DNA of 63,997 nucleotides, counting the filler, from Licmophora abbreviata (Eukaryota), in the NCBI GenBank assembly GCA_900291995.1. It is 12 parts of 12 records of this genome, joined end to end, with 100 filler letters (N's around TTAATTAATTAA, not from the genome) between each part and the next. Parts side by side here need not be neighbours in the genome. Positions count along the whole stretch, not along the records: positions 45,037 to 47,553 come from OLMU01002965.1; positions 47,654 to 58,003 come from OLMU01002966.1; 10 more parts are not named here. One strand, given 5' to 3'. The position numbers were made by a program, and so were the translations under genes. The notes beneath the pieces are model-generated. The model ran no database searches. It was not told where the DNA came from and was given only the letters and a program-made list of their open reading frames with translations. Positions 45,037 to 57,054 of the stretch are shown here, piece by piece (positions within the stretch are counted from its first letter, which is position 1; every line of letters begins with the position of its first letter).

Positions 45037-46910
45037 CTGGCTAGCTTTGCCATCGGATCGCTGCCTCGATCTTTGCGCATGCGGTATGCCTCCATTTCCT
45101 CTTCTGTGACATCGACGTCCGCCGAAACGGAGTTGTACTTTCGCTTCCGATCGTCAGTCGCTTCCTTCTCCTTCGTTTCGATCTTTTTGAGTGCTTCGTT
45201 CACTTTGTCCTTGTCGAAGGACACATTCTGATTAGCTTCGCCGTACATTTTCGAAGATGTTGGTCGAACAGCAGCATTGCCTCGCTCCGCTCCCGGAATA
45301 GCCTTGAGCATTTCTCTCGCTTGCGCCAAGGCAGCCGAGCCCGCCACGCCTGTACCATATCGCATTTCATTTGCTTCGTCGTTGGCCTTGCGCCCATTCT
45401 CCCCAGTACAGTATGAGTTTTTCATGAGCGAATGGTCGTCTCCATAACCCCACTGAAATGCACCTCTGTGAAAGTAGCTCCCCCAAACTGTAGAGTGTCC
45501 GTTAATGAACACATCCTCTTCGTATTTGGACTTGAGCGCAACCCGCTTGGAAGACGCGGCAGTTCCTCCCTTGACGAGACGACCATCGCGCGTGTATTCT
45601 TCTGCAGCTGTACTGACCCCGAAGCGCACCTTTCGTTCCGCTGCCTTATCGGCGGCCGTCGTCTTGTTGTTTACTTCTGACGCTAGACCGTCGCCCCCAT
45701 CGAGATACTCCGCCCCACCATATTTGTTCAAGACAGCCTTTTTTTGCTGCGCTCGCAAGTCCGACGACTTGGACTTGAATTGTTTCTTCAGCAATTCTGC
45801 CTGCGACGGATTTGCCTGAGGATGAATTTCGGACACGCCTTTTTCTTCCGCTTCCCATGCGAAGAGCTGCGTATCAGCCAGGCCGACGGCGTCGCCGCTG
45901 ACCCGTGCAAAGTTGTCCCCCGTAAACTGCGCCTCGTCCACTGCCAGCTCAGGATTTGGATTATCACGCATCGACCGCGACTTGGGATCATAGTAGGCTG
46001 AATTGGGATCCAAATTACGCAAGTACTTGGCCGTATCTTCTCGAATGCGCAAGTTTCGTGCCGTCACCTTCATTTGAGCACCGCCGACACCGCCCTGCCT
46101 TGCCAATCGAGACGTGAAAGTCTTCGCATCTTCGTCTCGCTGGACAAACTCGTCTTCCGAATCGTCAGAACCGACATCGGAATCGTCAAAGTCTGAATCT
46201 GAGTCGTGTTGTTGCTTCTTCTGGGCATCTCCAGTGGAATTGTCTTGCGCGTCTTCGTTCTGCTCTTCCTGCTGCCTCTTCTCTCGACGAATCTCGTCTC
46301 GCTGTTCATAGATCTTTTCCATGCGACGCAAATGACTTTCTGGATCATATCCATGATACTTGTCTCGCTTTGAATCATACGTTTCCGTTCCATACTGGCT
46401 CGTATCGACACTGCGATTTCCGGTCTTGGTCATACGAATGCGATTGGGACGGTACTTAACTTTTCGTTCCGCCGAACCATCTTCGTACTGCAGATCGAAC
46501 TCGGTCCCCTTTTTGGCAATCTTGACAATTTGACAAATACGATAGGGCCTCTTGTTGAATTTGAGTGCCTCTACCCACATACCGACAGCAAACTGCTTGT
46601 GTTTTTGCTGCTGTTTTTGCTTACGCCTTTCCTCGTGTAGCAAACGATCCGCCTCGCCAAGACTCAGTTCCGTCTTTTCTTGAACCGTCGCAGCCTGATG
46701 TTCCAGTGACGGTCCTTCATCCCCGCCTCCCAAATACCATGGTCGCTTGGTGATGAATTCAGGATTGTGCGGATTGATGATTGTATTCGTCTTGACGTCC
46801 ACTTCCGGTGCGACCGTACCCGACTGTCGTGCTTCGGCTAATTCGCGACTCTTTTTGCGATCCGAAATACTTTCCGTGGCGTGCGAGGGAACGGCAGAGG
46901 AGGAGGACAT
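45037..46910 (-). CDS. SLU7: Pre-mRNA splicing factor Slu7 (3' end in gap)
   Basis: INPHNPEFITKRPWY, YDSKRD, RNLRIREDTAKYLRNLDPNSAYYDPKSRSMR, SKYEEDV...HSTVWGS and EEEMEAYR. Confidence 0.93.
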
Positions 46911-47180
46911 GATGAATAGGGACACTTTACCAGCTGGATCGCAACAAAGTTGAGTAAGTAGCTAGTGTTAGAAGGGACGAGAAGAGCGACGGTCCTCTAA
47001 ATTTCGCGTGGCTGTGAAATGAAATCTCGAGCGGCGACGTACAGACGACACTTCAAAACCACCAGATGCGACTCATTCGACTGGAAGGTACTTTCTATTG
47101 CTCGTCTTGTCAACTTTGATGCAACGACCATGGGACGAAGCGTCGGTGTTTGAGCCAAACGACGAAGCTAAAGAAGAACC

Positions 47181-49960
47181 ATGACCAGTCAAACTGACAT
47201 GTCATGTCCTACATTGACGCTGTCCAAGTGTGTTCGTGGTCGGTCTACAAAGAACGCCAAGAAATCGACCGTATCGACTGCGTCTCAGAGTCGGCGTTCG
47301 ACTGCGTCGTCACGCAAGAGAAAGGCGAAATCAGTATCAACAACAGCGTCCGAGAATCCGCGCCGATCGAAAAAGGTTCCTATTCCTTCCTTTTCGCAAA
47401 TTGATGATTCGTTTCATGCAGATTCTCGTTGTCGACGACGCCAGCAGCAAGAAGAAGAAGACGAACTGGATACCTCCATTCTCGACACGCCTCCTGCCAA
47501 GAAGGGGACATCGACAAAGGAAAACTGCAATATACTCAATCTGGATTCTAACGNNNNNNNNNNNNNNNNNNNNNNNNNNNNNNNNNNNNNNNNNNNNTTA
47601 ATTAATTAANNNNNNNNNNNNNNNNNNNNNNNNNNNNNNNNNNNNNNNNNNNNTACTCAATCTGGATTCTAACGACGATGATGATGACGAGGAAGATTGG
47701 GTGACGGCCAAGCCAGTTTTCAATACCCGAAACGAGAAGCTAAAAGATTCGAGTCCTCGTCGTGGCCGTGATGACCTGCAACCAACACAGACACGATCAG
47801 CGTCATTGTCGCTTCAAGCTAGCACCAGAAAGGCTTTGCAGAATCAAAGAAAGAGCGACCAGGTGAAAGAAAAAGAGACAGTTGCTTCGAATGGCGACCT
47901 TCGGATGGACGCACGCGACACCGCTGAACGAGTGCTGTCGACTCGCTCGAATGCCATTGCTTGGGTCCCCACTGGCGCGGTTGCAGCATCCGCTCCACCT
48001 CCGTCCCCTGATTCATTATTCCTGTCGATCGATCACCTGTTTGTGCATGCTGATCGTGCCACCGTTACAGTAAAGGATATCGTCGCGTCTCTAGAGACCG
48101 AATTCTCTCAAAAGCTAAGCAAACCAACGCGCAAGTTGGTCAAGACTCGCTTGACAGGACTCGTGCATGGTCAGGTGCAGCCGACTGTGGAAAAATCCAA
48201 TCGCGACGACAGATACGCTGACCTCGCTGTCGACGATGCGACGGAATTAGAAGCTGTAGGGGTTTTGCTCAACAGCGACGCAGTCATCACTGAAGCTGCA
48301 GTGGATGATTGTGAAACTGAGTTTCACTTTCCTAATCACAACGATGCTACCTCAGTTTGTACCTCCGGAGTAAAGATGCACCAATCAGCAGCAATGGACG
48401 ATAGAGTGCAATTGACAGCCATGCCTGTGGCCCGCCAATCAGCAGTTTTGGAAGTGTCTGTACCCGCTGAACTCACAGTCTCAAACCCATGCACGCTTTT
48501 AGAAAGATCGCCGCCAGAACAGACACAAGCGATAAAGCGTCGCCAGACTAAGGCCTCGAAAGTGAAGAAAGCGACGAAGCCTGTTCCGGTGAAAACAACA
48601 GTTGCGACCGTATCCAAGCGCCGGTCGAACCCTCCTCGTAATGGTGCTCGAAAGAAGGGATGTGCAATGTGCTCGACGTGTCCTTGTTCCACCGCACGTG
48701 AATTGAAAATTGACGAGGAGATGGCTGATACGATTGGGCTTGCCCGGTCCGACAAGGAGATCGAGCGAGCTCTGATTCGAAGATTTGAAAGGTTGGAGCG
48801 GACAGTAGACATGTACGAGATATCTCTCGATAAAGTGAAGCGCGAATTGAAAAACCATCGGCGCAAAATTTGGCTGAAACAGAATGTGCCCAAGGTTCAC
48901 AACCCTGGCCGACAGCTTGCCTTTGGCGATTCCAGATTCTTGCCTGACGCCGAGGCTTGGGACCTGAAGCTAGAATCTGTACAGGAAGATCCAATCCCTC
49001 GTCCAGTCGTTCAGCAGGCACAAGGACGAATGTTCGATCATCAGCCGAGTAAGTAGCCTCAGGGCGGATATGGGCGGATCTTTGAGATTGCTTCTAACGT
49101 TCCGCTTCTGACAACTTGTCCTTGCTCGTGCAGAAGATCTCCAGCCAACACTAACCCAAATGTTTGGATCCCCAAGTCGCAAGAATGACCAAGCTACCGA
49201 ATCGGTCGACGAGGACAACGCAGACGAAGTTAAAGTTGTCCACGAAGCATCACTGGCTGCAGTCGAGGAAGATACTGACGAGTCTCTTATCGAGGAGCAG
49301 TTAGAAGGGGACAGCTCGATCGCCTCTATACAAGTAGATCAAGTCCACCGGGTCGCTTGGAGGGCAGGGGTCAAGACAGATGCTGAATCCCCTCTAGCTG
49401 CACCGAACGGAGTCTGGGCAGCTCTCACGATCGCTGGGAAGAGTCACTCTCGGAGCGAGACAGAAAACTTTGCGTGCACCTGGGACAAGCTGTTTTCCGA
49501 CGAGTTGTCTGACGGAAACGGCGGTATGGATGAACTTCTTGAACTATTCGAGCGTGATATCAAAACCGAAATTGAATGTCTTATCTTATCACAAGGCCAT
49601 GACCCCCCAGGCACTGCTTCCGGCAGTTCAAGCGTCGATGAGTCGATGTTGTCTCCAAGAGGCTTGTCGCTCCTTCCAACCATCGAAAGTAAACTACAGT
49701 TGGACTCTTCCAAGCAGGCTGCAATCGAGACTGTCTGTCCCCAGTGGCGCGAAAACATTCGATTCGTCCTTGCCCAAAGAGAAGAAGACGAGCTGCAATC
49801 TGCCCTGAAACGAGTGCATCGTTCTCGACAACAACTGGCGTCTATGCAGGAATCGATTCTCGATTCTGGTCAACGACACGACGCTACCCTGGAGCTATTT
49901 GAGACAGCCCTATGTGAATCACTGGGTCGACTGCGCCAAGAGTCCGCGCACACGACGTAG
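47181..49960 (+). CDS. Hypothetical nuclear protein with DEK-C-like domain and CxxCxxCxC motif (false gap; intron 49049-49133)
   Basis: A 21-nt overlap across the gap joins the ORFs. IDHLFVHADRATVTVKDIVASLETEF is a DEK-C-like segment; CAMCSTCPC follows. Confidence 0.6.
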
Positions 49961-50097
49961 TGGAGAATGCGAAGTGACACGAAAAGCGCGTACGATAGTT
50001 TTGAAACCTACATAGAACCATATTACTTCTATAGCCGGAATAATCGGTCTAATGAAAGCACAGTCCTACATGTGGAAAGTTGTGTTGTCATCAGTCA

Positions 50098-51210
50098 TCA
50101 TGATGCTGTCGCTCGTCGGTGTAATGACACTAAATTTTGTTCCAGTACTGCAACAGTCACCTTTCCAACATGGGCAATAAGCTTCGCGTTCGGGACGCTG
50201 AGCAATCCCTCCTCGGATACATTTGGATACTCTGATACATTCACAACGGTCGTCCCCGGTTGTAAGGTGCGACACGGAAGCTGGAAGTCTGGAGCGGGTA
50301 CACCGGTAACGACGACTTGCGACTGCTCGATGCACCATTCCATTGTGATATATGACTCTGTACACCGTCGCAATCGCCCCCCTGGTCGGAACAGTAGAAT
50401 TGAGTCCTCATCAATGCTGAAGACGGCGGCCCCTTGGCGTGACAGCATCTCGGCCAGTGGTCGGCCTAAGATGTCAGATCGATTCACAACCGTGACGACC
50501 CTCCCGTCCCACCGCTGCTGATCCGACAAATGGTACTTTTCTAGCACATTCATGACTGATATGGCCGTGCAGGGAAATACTACTTCTCCGTTCGATATCG
50601 ACTTCCCCGATCGGAGGAAGCGGCGGCGCGTATTGTAGTCGTGGGAGAGTCCTTCGACATCCTTGGTCGGCGCAAGCAAGTCGCGCAGATAATCGTCGTG
50701 TGTCTTATAGTATACGCCAGTCAAACGGTTCTTATACGGCCCACGGTCGCCGGCTCTCGTCTTGAAGATGGGATAGTATACCAAGATTCCGTGCGTGTCG
50801 GAGCGACCATTCGCTTCCTGAATCGCATCTTGTAGGTCGACAGGTTCACCACCACAGACTCTCACCAATTCGTAGTCAATACCGTCTTCTCGACAGTTCT
50901 GTTGGATGTGTTCAGAATAAAGTTCCCCATACTCTCGAAACGGACTCTGCTGCGCCAGTATACCCACAAGCTTGATGGGTTCTGCACATGTCCGTACGTA
51001 GTGCCGGACTGATGTGCGCATCTCTTCCGCCAGATTGGTAACTTCAATGACGCGATTCGAGAACTCTCGGCCTGAGGAGCCTGCTGTACTGTCAGGAGAC
51101 GAAGCATCACTTGCAGAAGAAGAGAGAGTCCGGATGTTGCATCGGCGTGACCATCCGCAGAAAGCGCGAGTAGCTCGACCCAGGCGGCAGAGTGAATTTT
51201 GTAGGCTCAT
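50098..51210 (-). CDS. Methylenetetrahydrofolate dehydrogenase, NAD-dependent Mtd1-like
   Basis: HGILVYYPIF, DDYLRD...KDVEGL, PCTAISV, VNRSDILGRPLAEML and VGKVTVAVL. Confidence 0.88.
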   Translation of the reverse strand: MSLQNSLCRLGRATRAFCGWSRRCNIRTLSSSASDASSPDSTAGSSGREFSNRVIEVTNLAEEMRTSVRHYVRTCAEPIKLVGILAQQSPFREYGELYSEHIQQNCREDGIDYELVRVCGGEPVDLQDAIQEANGRSDTHGILVYYPIFKTRAGDRGPYKNRLTGVYYKTHDDYLRDLLAPTKDVEGLSHDYNTRRRFLRSGKSISNGEVVFPCTAISVMNVLEKYHLSDQQRWDGRVVTVVNRSDILGRPLAEMLSRQGAAVFSIDEDSILLFRPGGRLRRCTESYITMEWCIEQSQVVVTGVPAPDFQLPCRTLQPGTTVVNVSEYPNVSEEGLLSVPNAKLIAHVGKVTVAVLEQNLVSLHRRATAS

Positions 51211-51628
51211 TTTTCCTGTACATACATAGAACGCAGGCACTTGAAAGTATTTTCCGATGAAAATCTGAGCCTATCATTGTGCTCTAGTCGAAGTTTCTAT
51301 TGTCGAACGTTACCGTCATTGTGCTTTAATGCTCTCGTTATCATGGTCGTGAACAGTGACCACGCAATCTCCACCTCTGTGTTTGTTCGATGGGGCATGA
51401 TGTTCGAATACGGGCGGCGGACGAGCCGATCGCCTTTTGTCGCGTGCGCCTTCTGCGCGCAACCAAAAGTATCGATCTCCGTTGGGCCCGATCTAGTAGC
51501 TGATGAACTATGAGACTCCTTGATATAGATATTCGAGTATGATTATGTATAATCGCCAAATCCTCGCCTAAGGGCCTTTTCGTGATTTCAATTTGCATTT
51601 CCACACACGCACACTATCGGCGTGCACC

Positions 51629-54214
51629 ATGGTGTTTCAGAACGGCCGCTCTGGGGGTGTGCCACAGACCGTGACGGCAACGGGCATTGACATGATGCCC
51701 GAGTCTCTCGATAGGTCGACGCCGAGATTGAGCCATGGCAAGCCACGCAGTGACGCCGGCATCGAGCAAACAGAATACAATCAGAATCCGACCGAGTTGT
51801 TTCAGTGGATCAACTATGGCAACTATCAAGGAGCAGCGCGACATGTCATGAGCCATCCGGGAGAAGCCAAAATATGGATCGTCTGTCATGGGGATACAGG
51901 GGATTCGTCCGTGGGAGCGAACAGTGTCAAGTGGAGGTATCTTCCTCTGCATCTTGTCTGTTTTAATCCACAGCCGTCAGAAGAACTGCTTCGTGCGTTG
52001 CTCTTTACCTACCCCAAGGCAGCTAAGCTGCGAGCACACGACGGAAATCTTGCAATCCATTTCTTGCTTTCGGTCGGTTGTCAGGATCTGTCTATTATTG
52101 AGCTCTTGCTGAATGCCTCTCCCGACAGTATCAACAAGCGTGACCGGAAGGGTCATACACTCTTCCAAATTGTGGCAGCAGCGAGCAAGGAGGGCAAGAT
52201 ATCGCAGGAGTCGATGATGCGTGTTTGTTCCTTTCTTCGCCAGACAGTTCTTATTGCCGAATCAGGATCAGAGTCCAATCATCGCGTTGGTGGTGAAGAA
52301 GCGGACAGTGGTCGCAGTATGGGTCTTCCATTCATGCAAAGCACTAGCCATCCAATGGAACGGTCGGAAGACACCAGGACAAACAGAAAAAAGTTGGAGA
52401 AGCTTGAGTCCAAATTGGACGGAGCACTGGCGGAAAGGGATGCGCTTCTTGATGTTGTCGCGCAACAGAAAGTCCAGTCGGCGACGCTTGGCGACACCGT
52501 CAAGGCACTGCAGAAGAAGCTGTCCACCTCGTCAGAAAAGCTCAGCGCCAAGAGTAGTAAGATGACCGAGTTGCAAACGCAAGTAGAGAGGCTCAAGATT
52601 CAACTCCATGAGCGAGATACCGAGCTAGAGCAAATGAAGGCAGACAAGGGTCAATCCGACGAGGAAAGACAACTGCTCGCAACGAGACAGCTCCAAGCAA
52701 ACTCACAAGCCAAGGAGGAAGCGTTTGTGCGCGACAAGGCGAGTAACACATATGCAGATGAGGCACTTCGCACAAGGATAACAAAGCTGGAGTTGATGCT
52801 TAGCAAGGAGCGTGCCAAGCAGTCTGGCATACTCACTGTGGAGGTGACCCGCAAAGAAGTCCTACTACAAGCGCGTATTGACGCGTTGGAGCGAGAGCTG
52901 CTTGCGGCACTTGGAGCTAAAGGGGAAACAAACAGTATCGTTCTGAGCGGCGTGCGCATTGCGAGAGAGCAGCAAGACTCTCTCAAGGAAATGAACTCCT
53001 CGTTGCAGAAGCACATTATTGCTCTAAAGGAGCGTTGCGATACATTGGAAAAGGAAAGCGAGGAGAAGGACCATATCCACTCGATGCTTGTTGCATCGGA
53101 AAAGAAATTGGACTCTCTAAAGGACAGCCACCACGAAACCTTGCAGGAGCTGGACCGTTCAAAGGCTAGGCTCGTGACCATCGAGAGTCAGTTGAAGGCA
53201 AAGACGTTGGCACTAGAGAAGGAAATGCAGGAATCCATGATTCTTCAACAACGACTCTCGAATATGGAACATGAGCTCTCTCTGTCCAAGACTGCCAGGG
53301 ATCTTCTTCAAAAACAAGCCGAGGATCGTTCTAGCAAGCGCAAGGAAGAAGAACTCCAAGGCAGGCTGCAGGAAATGAGGGAGGAGTTCAACCAGCTTCT
53401 CGCCTACGTACATGATCTTTCTAGCAGCACTTATCTCCGTGAAAAGTGCAATGATTTGCAAAAGGACAACGAAGAGTTGCGCAAAGAGATTGACAGGCTG
53501 GAGCGGGACGAACAGAGCGCGACAAAGATTGCTTCTCTACATTCCAAACTACAAGAGCAAACGGAACTTGCTCAATCTTCCAAGCGGAAGCTTTCGGAGT
53601 ACGAAGCCAAAATGGATGTGCTTAACAAAACCTATTCGGAACTCCGCAGTGTGATGGGAAAGAATGGCGCCAAGTACCAGAAAAAGATTGATTCGTTAAC
53701 CACTCATATCGAAGATCTCCAACGTCGCAGCAAGTCACTCATCGGGCAAGTTGAGGAATTGACCAGCGAAAATAGCGAAATGAGAAACGGATTAGCTCTG
53801 ATGATGGCAAGCGACGGTAAAGACCAGTCACATGGTTACAAGGAGCTATCAAGTCGATTGAAAAACGTCGCCGCGTTTTTGGTAGCAGTCTCTGCCCTTC
53901 AACGTCAGATTGTGCAGGCGTCAACGACCGAGGAGAAAGACTCTCCGGGCAGCGACAACAATCCGACTGTTGACACGCGATCCACACAAAAATTGACAAT
54001 CGTAAGCCCACGAAACCTCGCGGAGGTTCAGCAAAAAGAGAATGACCTGTTGAAGGCAGAACCAGATGAGCGCGACGACATTGTCGACGCTGCGGTTCAG
54101 TATGAAAGTCAGGTCCGGGAGGCATTCTCCGACAGACGCGACATGACTTCGGGCTTGGGCCGCCAAAGGGATGAACTTGAATCGATCGCAAGGGAGATGA
54201 ACGAAGCACAATAG
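51629..54214 (+). CDS. Ankyrin-like N-terminal domain plus long coiled-coil protein
   Basis: WRYLPLHLVC, GNLAIHF and DRKGHT ankyrin-like motifs, followed by heptad-rich E/K/L sequence. Confidence 0.8.
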   Translation: MVFQNGRSGGVPQTVTATGIDMMPESLDRSTPRLSHGKPRSDAGIEQTEYNQNPTELFQWINYGNYQGAARHVMSHPGEAKIWIVCHGDTGDSSVGANSVKWRYLPLHLVCFNPQPSEELLRALLFTYPKAAKLRAHDGNLAIHFLLSVGCQDLSIIELLLNASPDSINKRDRKGHTLFQIVAAASKEGKISQESMMRVCSFLRQTVLIAESGSESNHRVGGEEADSGRSMGLPFMQSTSHPMERSEDTRTNRKKLEKLESKLDGALAERDALLDVVAQQKVQSATLGDTVKALQKKLSTSSEKLSAKSSKMTELQTQVERLKIQLHERDTELEQMKADKGQSDEERQLLATRQLQANSQAKEEAFVRDKASNTYADEALRTRITKLELMLSKERAKQSGILTVEVTRKEVLLQARIDALERELLAALGAKGETNSIVLSGVRIAREQQDSLKEMNSSLQKHIIALKERCDTLEKESEEKDHIHSMLVASEKKLDSLKDSHHETLQELDRSKARLVTIESQLKAKTLALEKEMQESMILQQRLSNMEHELSLSKTARDLLQKQAEDRSSKRKEEELQGRLQEMREEFNQLLAYVHDLSSSTYLREKCNDLQKDNEELRKEIDRLERDEQSATKIASLHSKLQEQTELAQSSKRKLSEYEAKMDVLNKTYSELRSVMGKNGAKYQKKIDSLTTHIEDLQRRSKSLIGQVEELTSENSEMRNGLALMMASDGKDQSHGYKELSSRLKNVAAFLVAVSALQRQIVQASTTEEKDSPGSDNNPTVDTRSTQKLTIVSPRNLAEVQQKENDLLKAEPDERDDIVDAAVQYESQVREAFSDRRDMTSGLGRQRDELESIAREMNEAQ

Positions 54215-54374
54215 GGCGAAAAATAACGTACATATGGGAAATGTTCTATGTTTACAGCTGTTTCTGAACATCGTCTAAAAGTATGGGTCTCAAATGATAC
54301 AGATCAGCGTCACCATTTGACTCGTGGCGCATTGTCTATGTGGTTTCCTGTCTATCATAGTACATGCATCGCAG

Positions 54375-55229
54375 TCACCTCTTGGTGATGTGCATACCTC
54401 CGTTGATTGTGGGATCTGCCGATTTGAGGGCGTCCATTGCTGCTTTTTTATTCGTAGCAGTGAAGACTCCACCACCAGCAACGATAACATTAGCACCGGC
54501 ACCGAGTAGGTCCGGTGCGTTGTTTTCATTGCATCCGCCGTCGACGGATATATGGAGATCAGGCTTCATCTCTCGAATCTGCTTGATCTTCTTCACTGCT
54601 GTGTCAATATATTTTCGACCACCGTATCCTGGATTGACAAGCATCACGACGGCGACCTCTAAGAGTGCCAATAGAGTAGGGTCAAATTCGGTCAGCCAAG
54701 AGAAAGTCCACAGTAGTCGATGGAAACACTCTTACTTACGACAGTGATCGAGAACATGTTCCACCGTGCTCACACTGGTTCCCGGATTGAGAACGACACC
54801 TGGGGCGACTCCGGCCTTGTCGATTTTGTTGATAACGGCTCCGAGCTGCAAAGTCGCTTCTGGGTGCACAGAGAGAATGTCTGCCCCGGCCTTGATGAAG
54901 TCGTCGACGCGATGTTCGGGCTCAATACAACTCAATTTCACATCAAATACAGTGTTGGGGAAGCGCTCACGACAGGTGGCGACAAGAGGGGCCCCAAAGG
55001 AGATTTTCGGCACCATGCGTCCGTCTTGAACGCTGAAGTGCAGCCACTCGGCACCGGCATCCACGGCCTCCTGGAGGTCGGACCCCAAATTTAGAAAATC
55101 AGCCTTTGCAACCGAAGGCGAAATAATAACACGCTGGGGCGATCCCAAGGGTCGAGCGAGTCCATCTACGACGCTGGAGGAGAGCGAAGGGGCCAAGCAG
55201 AGGAATGAAAGACGGCGAAGCATTGTCAT
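54375..55229 (-). CDS. RPE: Ribulose-phosphate 3-epimerase homolog with divergent active site (exons 55229-54740, 54658-54375)
   Basis: ISPSV, AGADILSVHPE, GVVLNPGT, MLVNPGYGG, SVDGG and GANVIVAG. N-terminal signal-like peptide. Confidence 0.88.
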
Positions 55230-55599
55230 TGTTGCTAAAGAACATCCGAACGATCCTTGTGAGAACACGAAGCTGCAGTTGCTAAATTTAAATTTGGCGC
55301 CCTAAGGTCGAAAATGGGAAATGCCTTCCTCAGAGCTGTATGAATGTATTACAAAACTTCAACCTGGAAGATGACGTATGATTGGCTACAATTGGCTACT
55401 GTGAACGACTGGCAGATCCTTTCAAACACTCGAGGAGCTGCAATACTCGAGACGATCTACTTTGAATAGAGAGCAAGATGGCGACTGAGCGTTACAATGC
55501 CAATGCGACGAGATTTCTACACAGTAAGTTAACTCTAGTTTCAAAGTGTAGCTATTTTTCAGCAACATCTGCTTCACCGCTATGCCTCTCGTTTTGATC

Positions 55600-56867
55600 T
55601 TACGATACGGAGCGCCATGAAGGCGGCGAAGCATAGTCCATTCGCTCCCCAGTCGCCGGATGCGGAAACGAAAGCTTGTAGGCATGCAAATACAAACATC
55701 CGTCTCCGATCTCGGTCCTTCCTTCTATTCTGTTTTCGCCATATAGTGTGTCTCCCTCGATTCCACTCCCTTCGTGAGCACAATGTATTCGGAGCTGATG
55801 TGTGCGACCCGTGACAGGCGTCAGTGATAAGACGACGCAGCCTCTCTGCCCTTCCAAAACTTTCCATAGCGTTATACTCTCTTTACCGTCCTCTTGAACT
55901 TGCCACTTGATTCGTTCTTCACTTGGTGCCAGCGCCGCAGTGATTCGTCCCTCCATGTGCTTGTCGGTGTGATACGGTGGCCATTCGCGTACACGCGCGA
56001 TATACTCCTTCTTGACGTGATCTCGTTCCCTCCAATGCTTACAGAGCTTTGATGCCGATCTATCATCTCGCGCAAATACCATCACGCCCGACGTCTTGCA
56101 AGACGACACATGAGAGCCGTGAGCGACGCGCGTTCCAAATGCAAAGCGAACACAAAACGAACGCACACAATGCGTACCTCGCAATCCAGACGATGCACCA
56201 CAAAGAGTCGCTTGTCTCGAGAGCTACTACAACGATCAGTCTCATTATCGTATCCCATTAAAATAAGCTGTCCGAATGCCGAATCCTCGTGTCGGGTTCG
56301 TTCCGGTAGATTGAGCAAGGGACGCTGTCGCTTCTCAATGGCATCAAAGACTTGCCGAAATTCCTCAAGGAAGGATTCAGATTCGTGCTTGTGAATCTTT
56401 TGATTCCAGAGTCTCGGTGAATTCTTCTGAAGGTACTTTTGAAAGCCGCACCATCTGCGAGGTACTGAGGCGACGTTCGGAGAGACTGCCAGCTTTCGTA
56501 AACAGTGAGATACCCGGTCGTTGCCTGAGGTACTATCCTCTCTCTGAAACGATCGAATGGCCAGTGCCCAGGCCTCCTGCGCTGTTCTCCGTTGTTTGCT
56601 GTGAGAACTACTGCTTACATCATCCACGTTAAAACCACGAGGACGCTTGGGCGGGCGCTTGGTTTCAGCAGACGCATTCTGTGCGTTGCCCGGGACGGAA
56701 CGGAGATTTCCCGGTTTCTCGATGACGACAATTGATTCATCTTTGTACAGGACCTTGATTCGAAGATGAAGAGGGATGCCCTCGAGCCTTTCCTCACGAG
56801 GCGATGTGTCGTTTTGCGGAGCAGCAAGCATGATATGACGCGCTGCAGTCGTTGCCATCTCGGCCAT
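55600..56867 (-). CDS. RluA-family pseudouridine synthase (exons 56867-56178, 56094-55600)
   Basis: VIEKPGNLRSVP, VHRLDCE|TSG, TGRTHQLRIH and LYLHA. Confidence 0.9.
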
Positions 56868-57054
56868 TACTGTGATGCGCGTTCGACGTCGACGTGAGAC
56901 AGCTTTCGTGTGAGCAACAACAGCGCGCGGGGTGAAGCAACTTTCGCGCCCACAACTTTTTTGGAATCGCGATCAGAGCAACACATCACACATCACAGCA
57001 CCGCGGCAAGGGGACTGTGGCAATCCCAGCCAGTAGATTGACACTCATTACGAA

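Noticed and set aside
47533..47674. 21-nt direct repeat flanking a gap
   Set aside because: Contig overlap; merging restores the reading frame.
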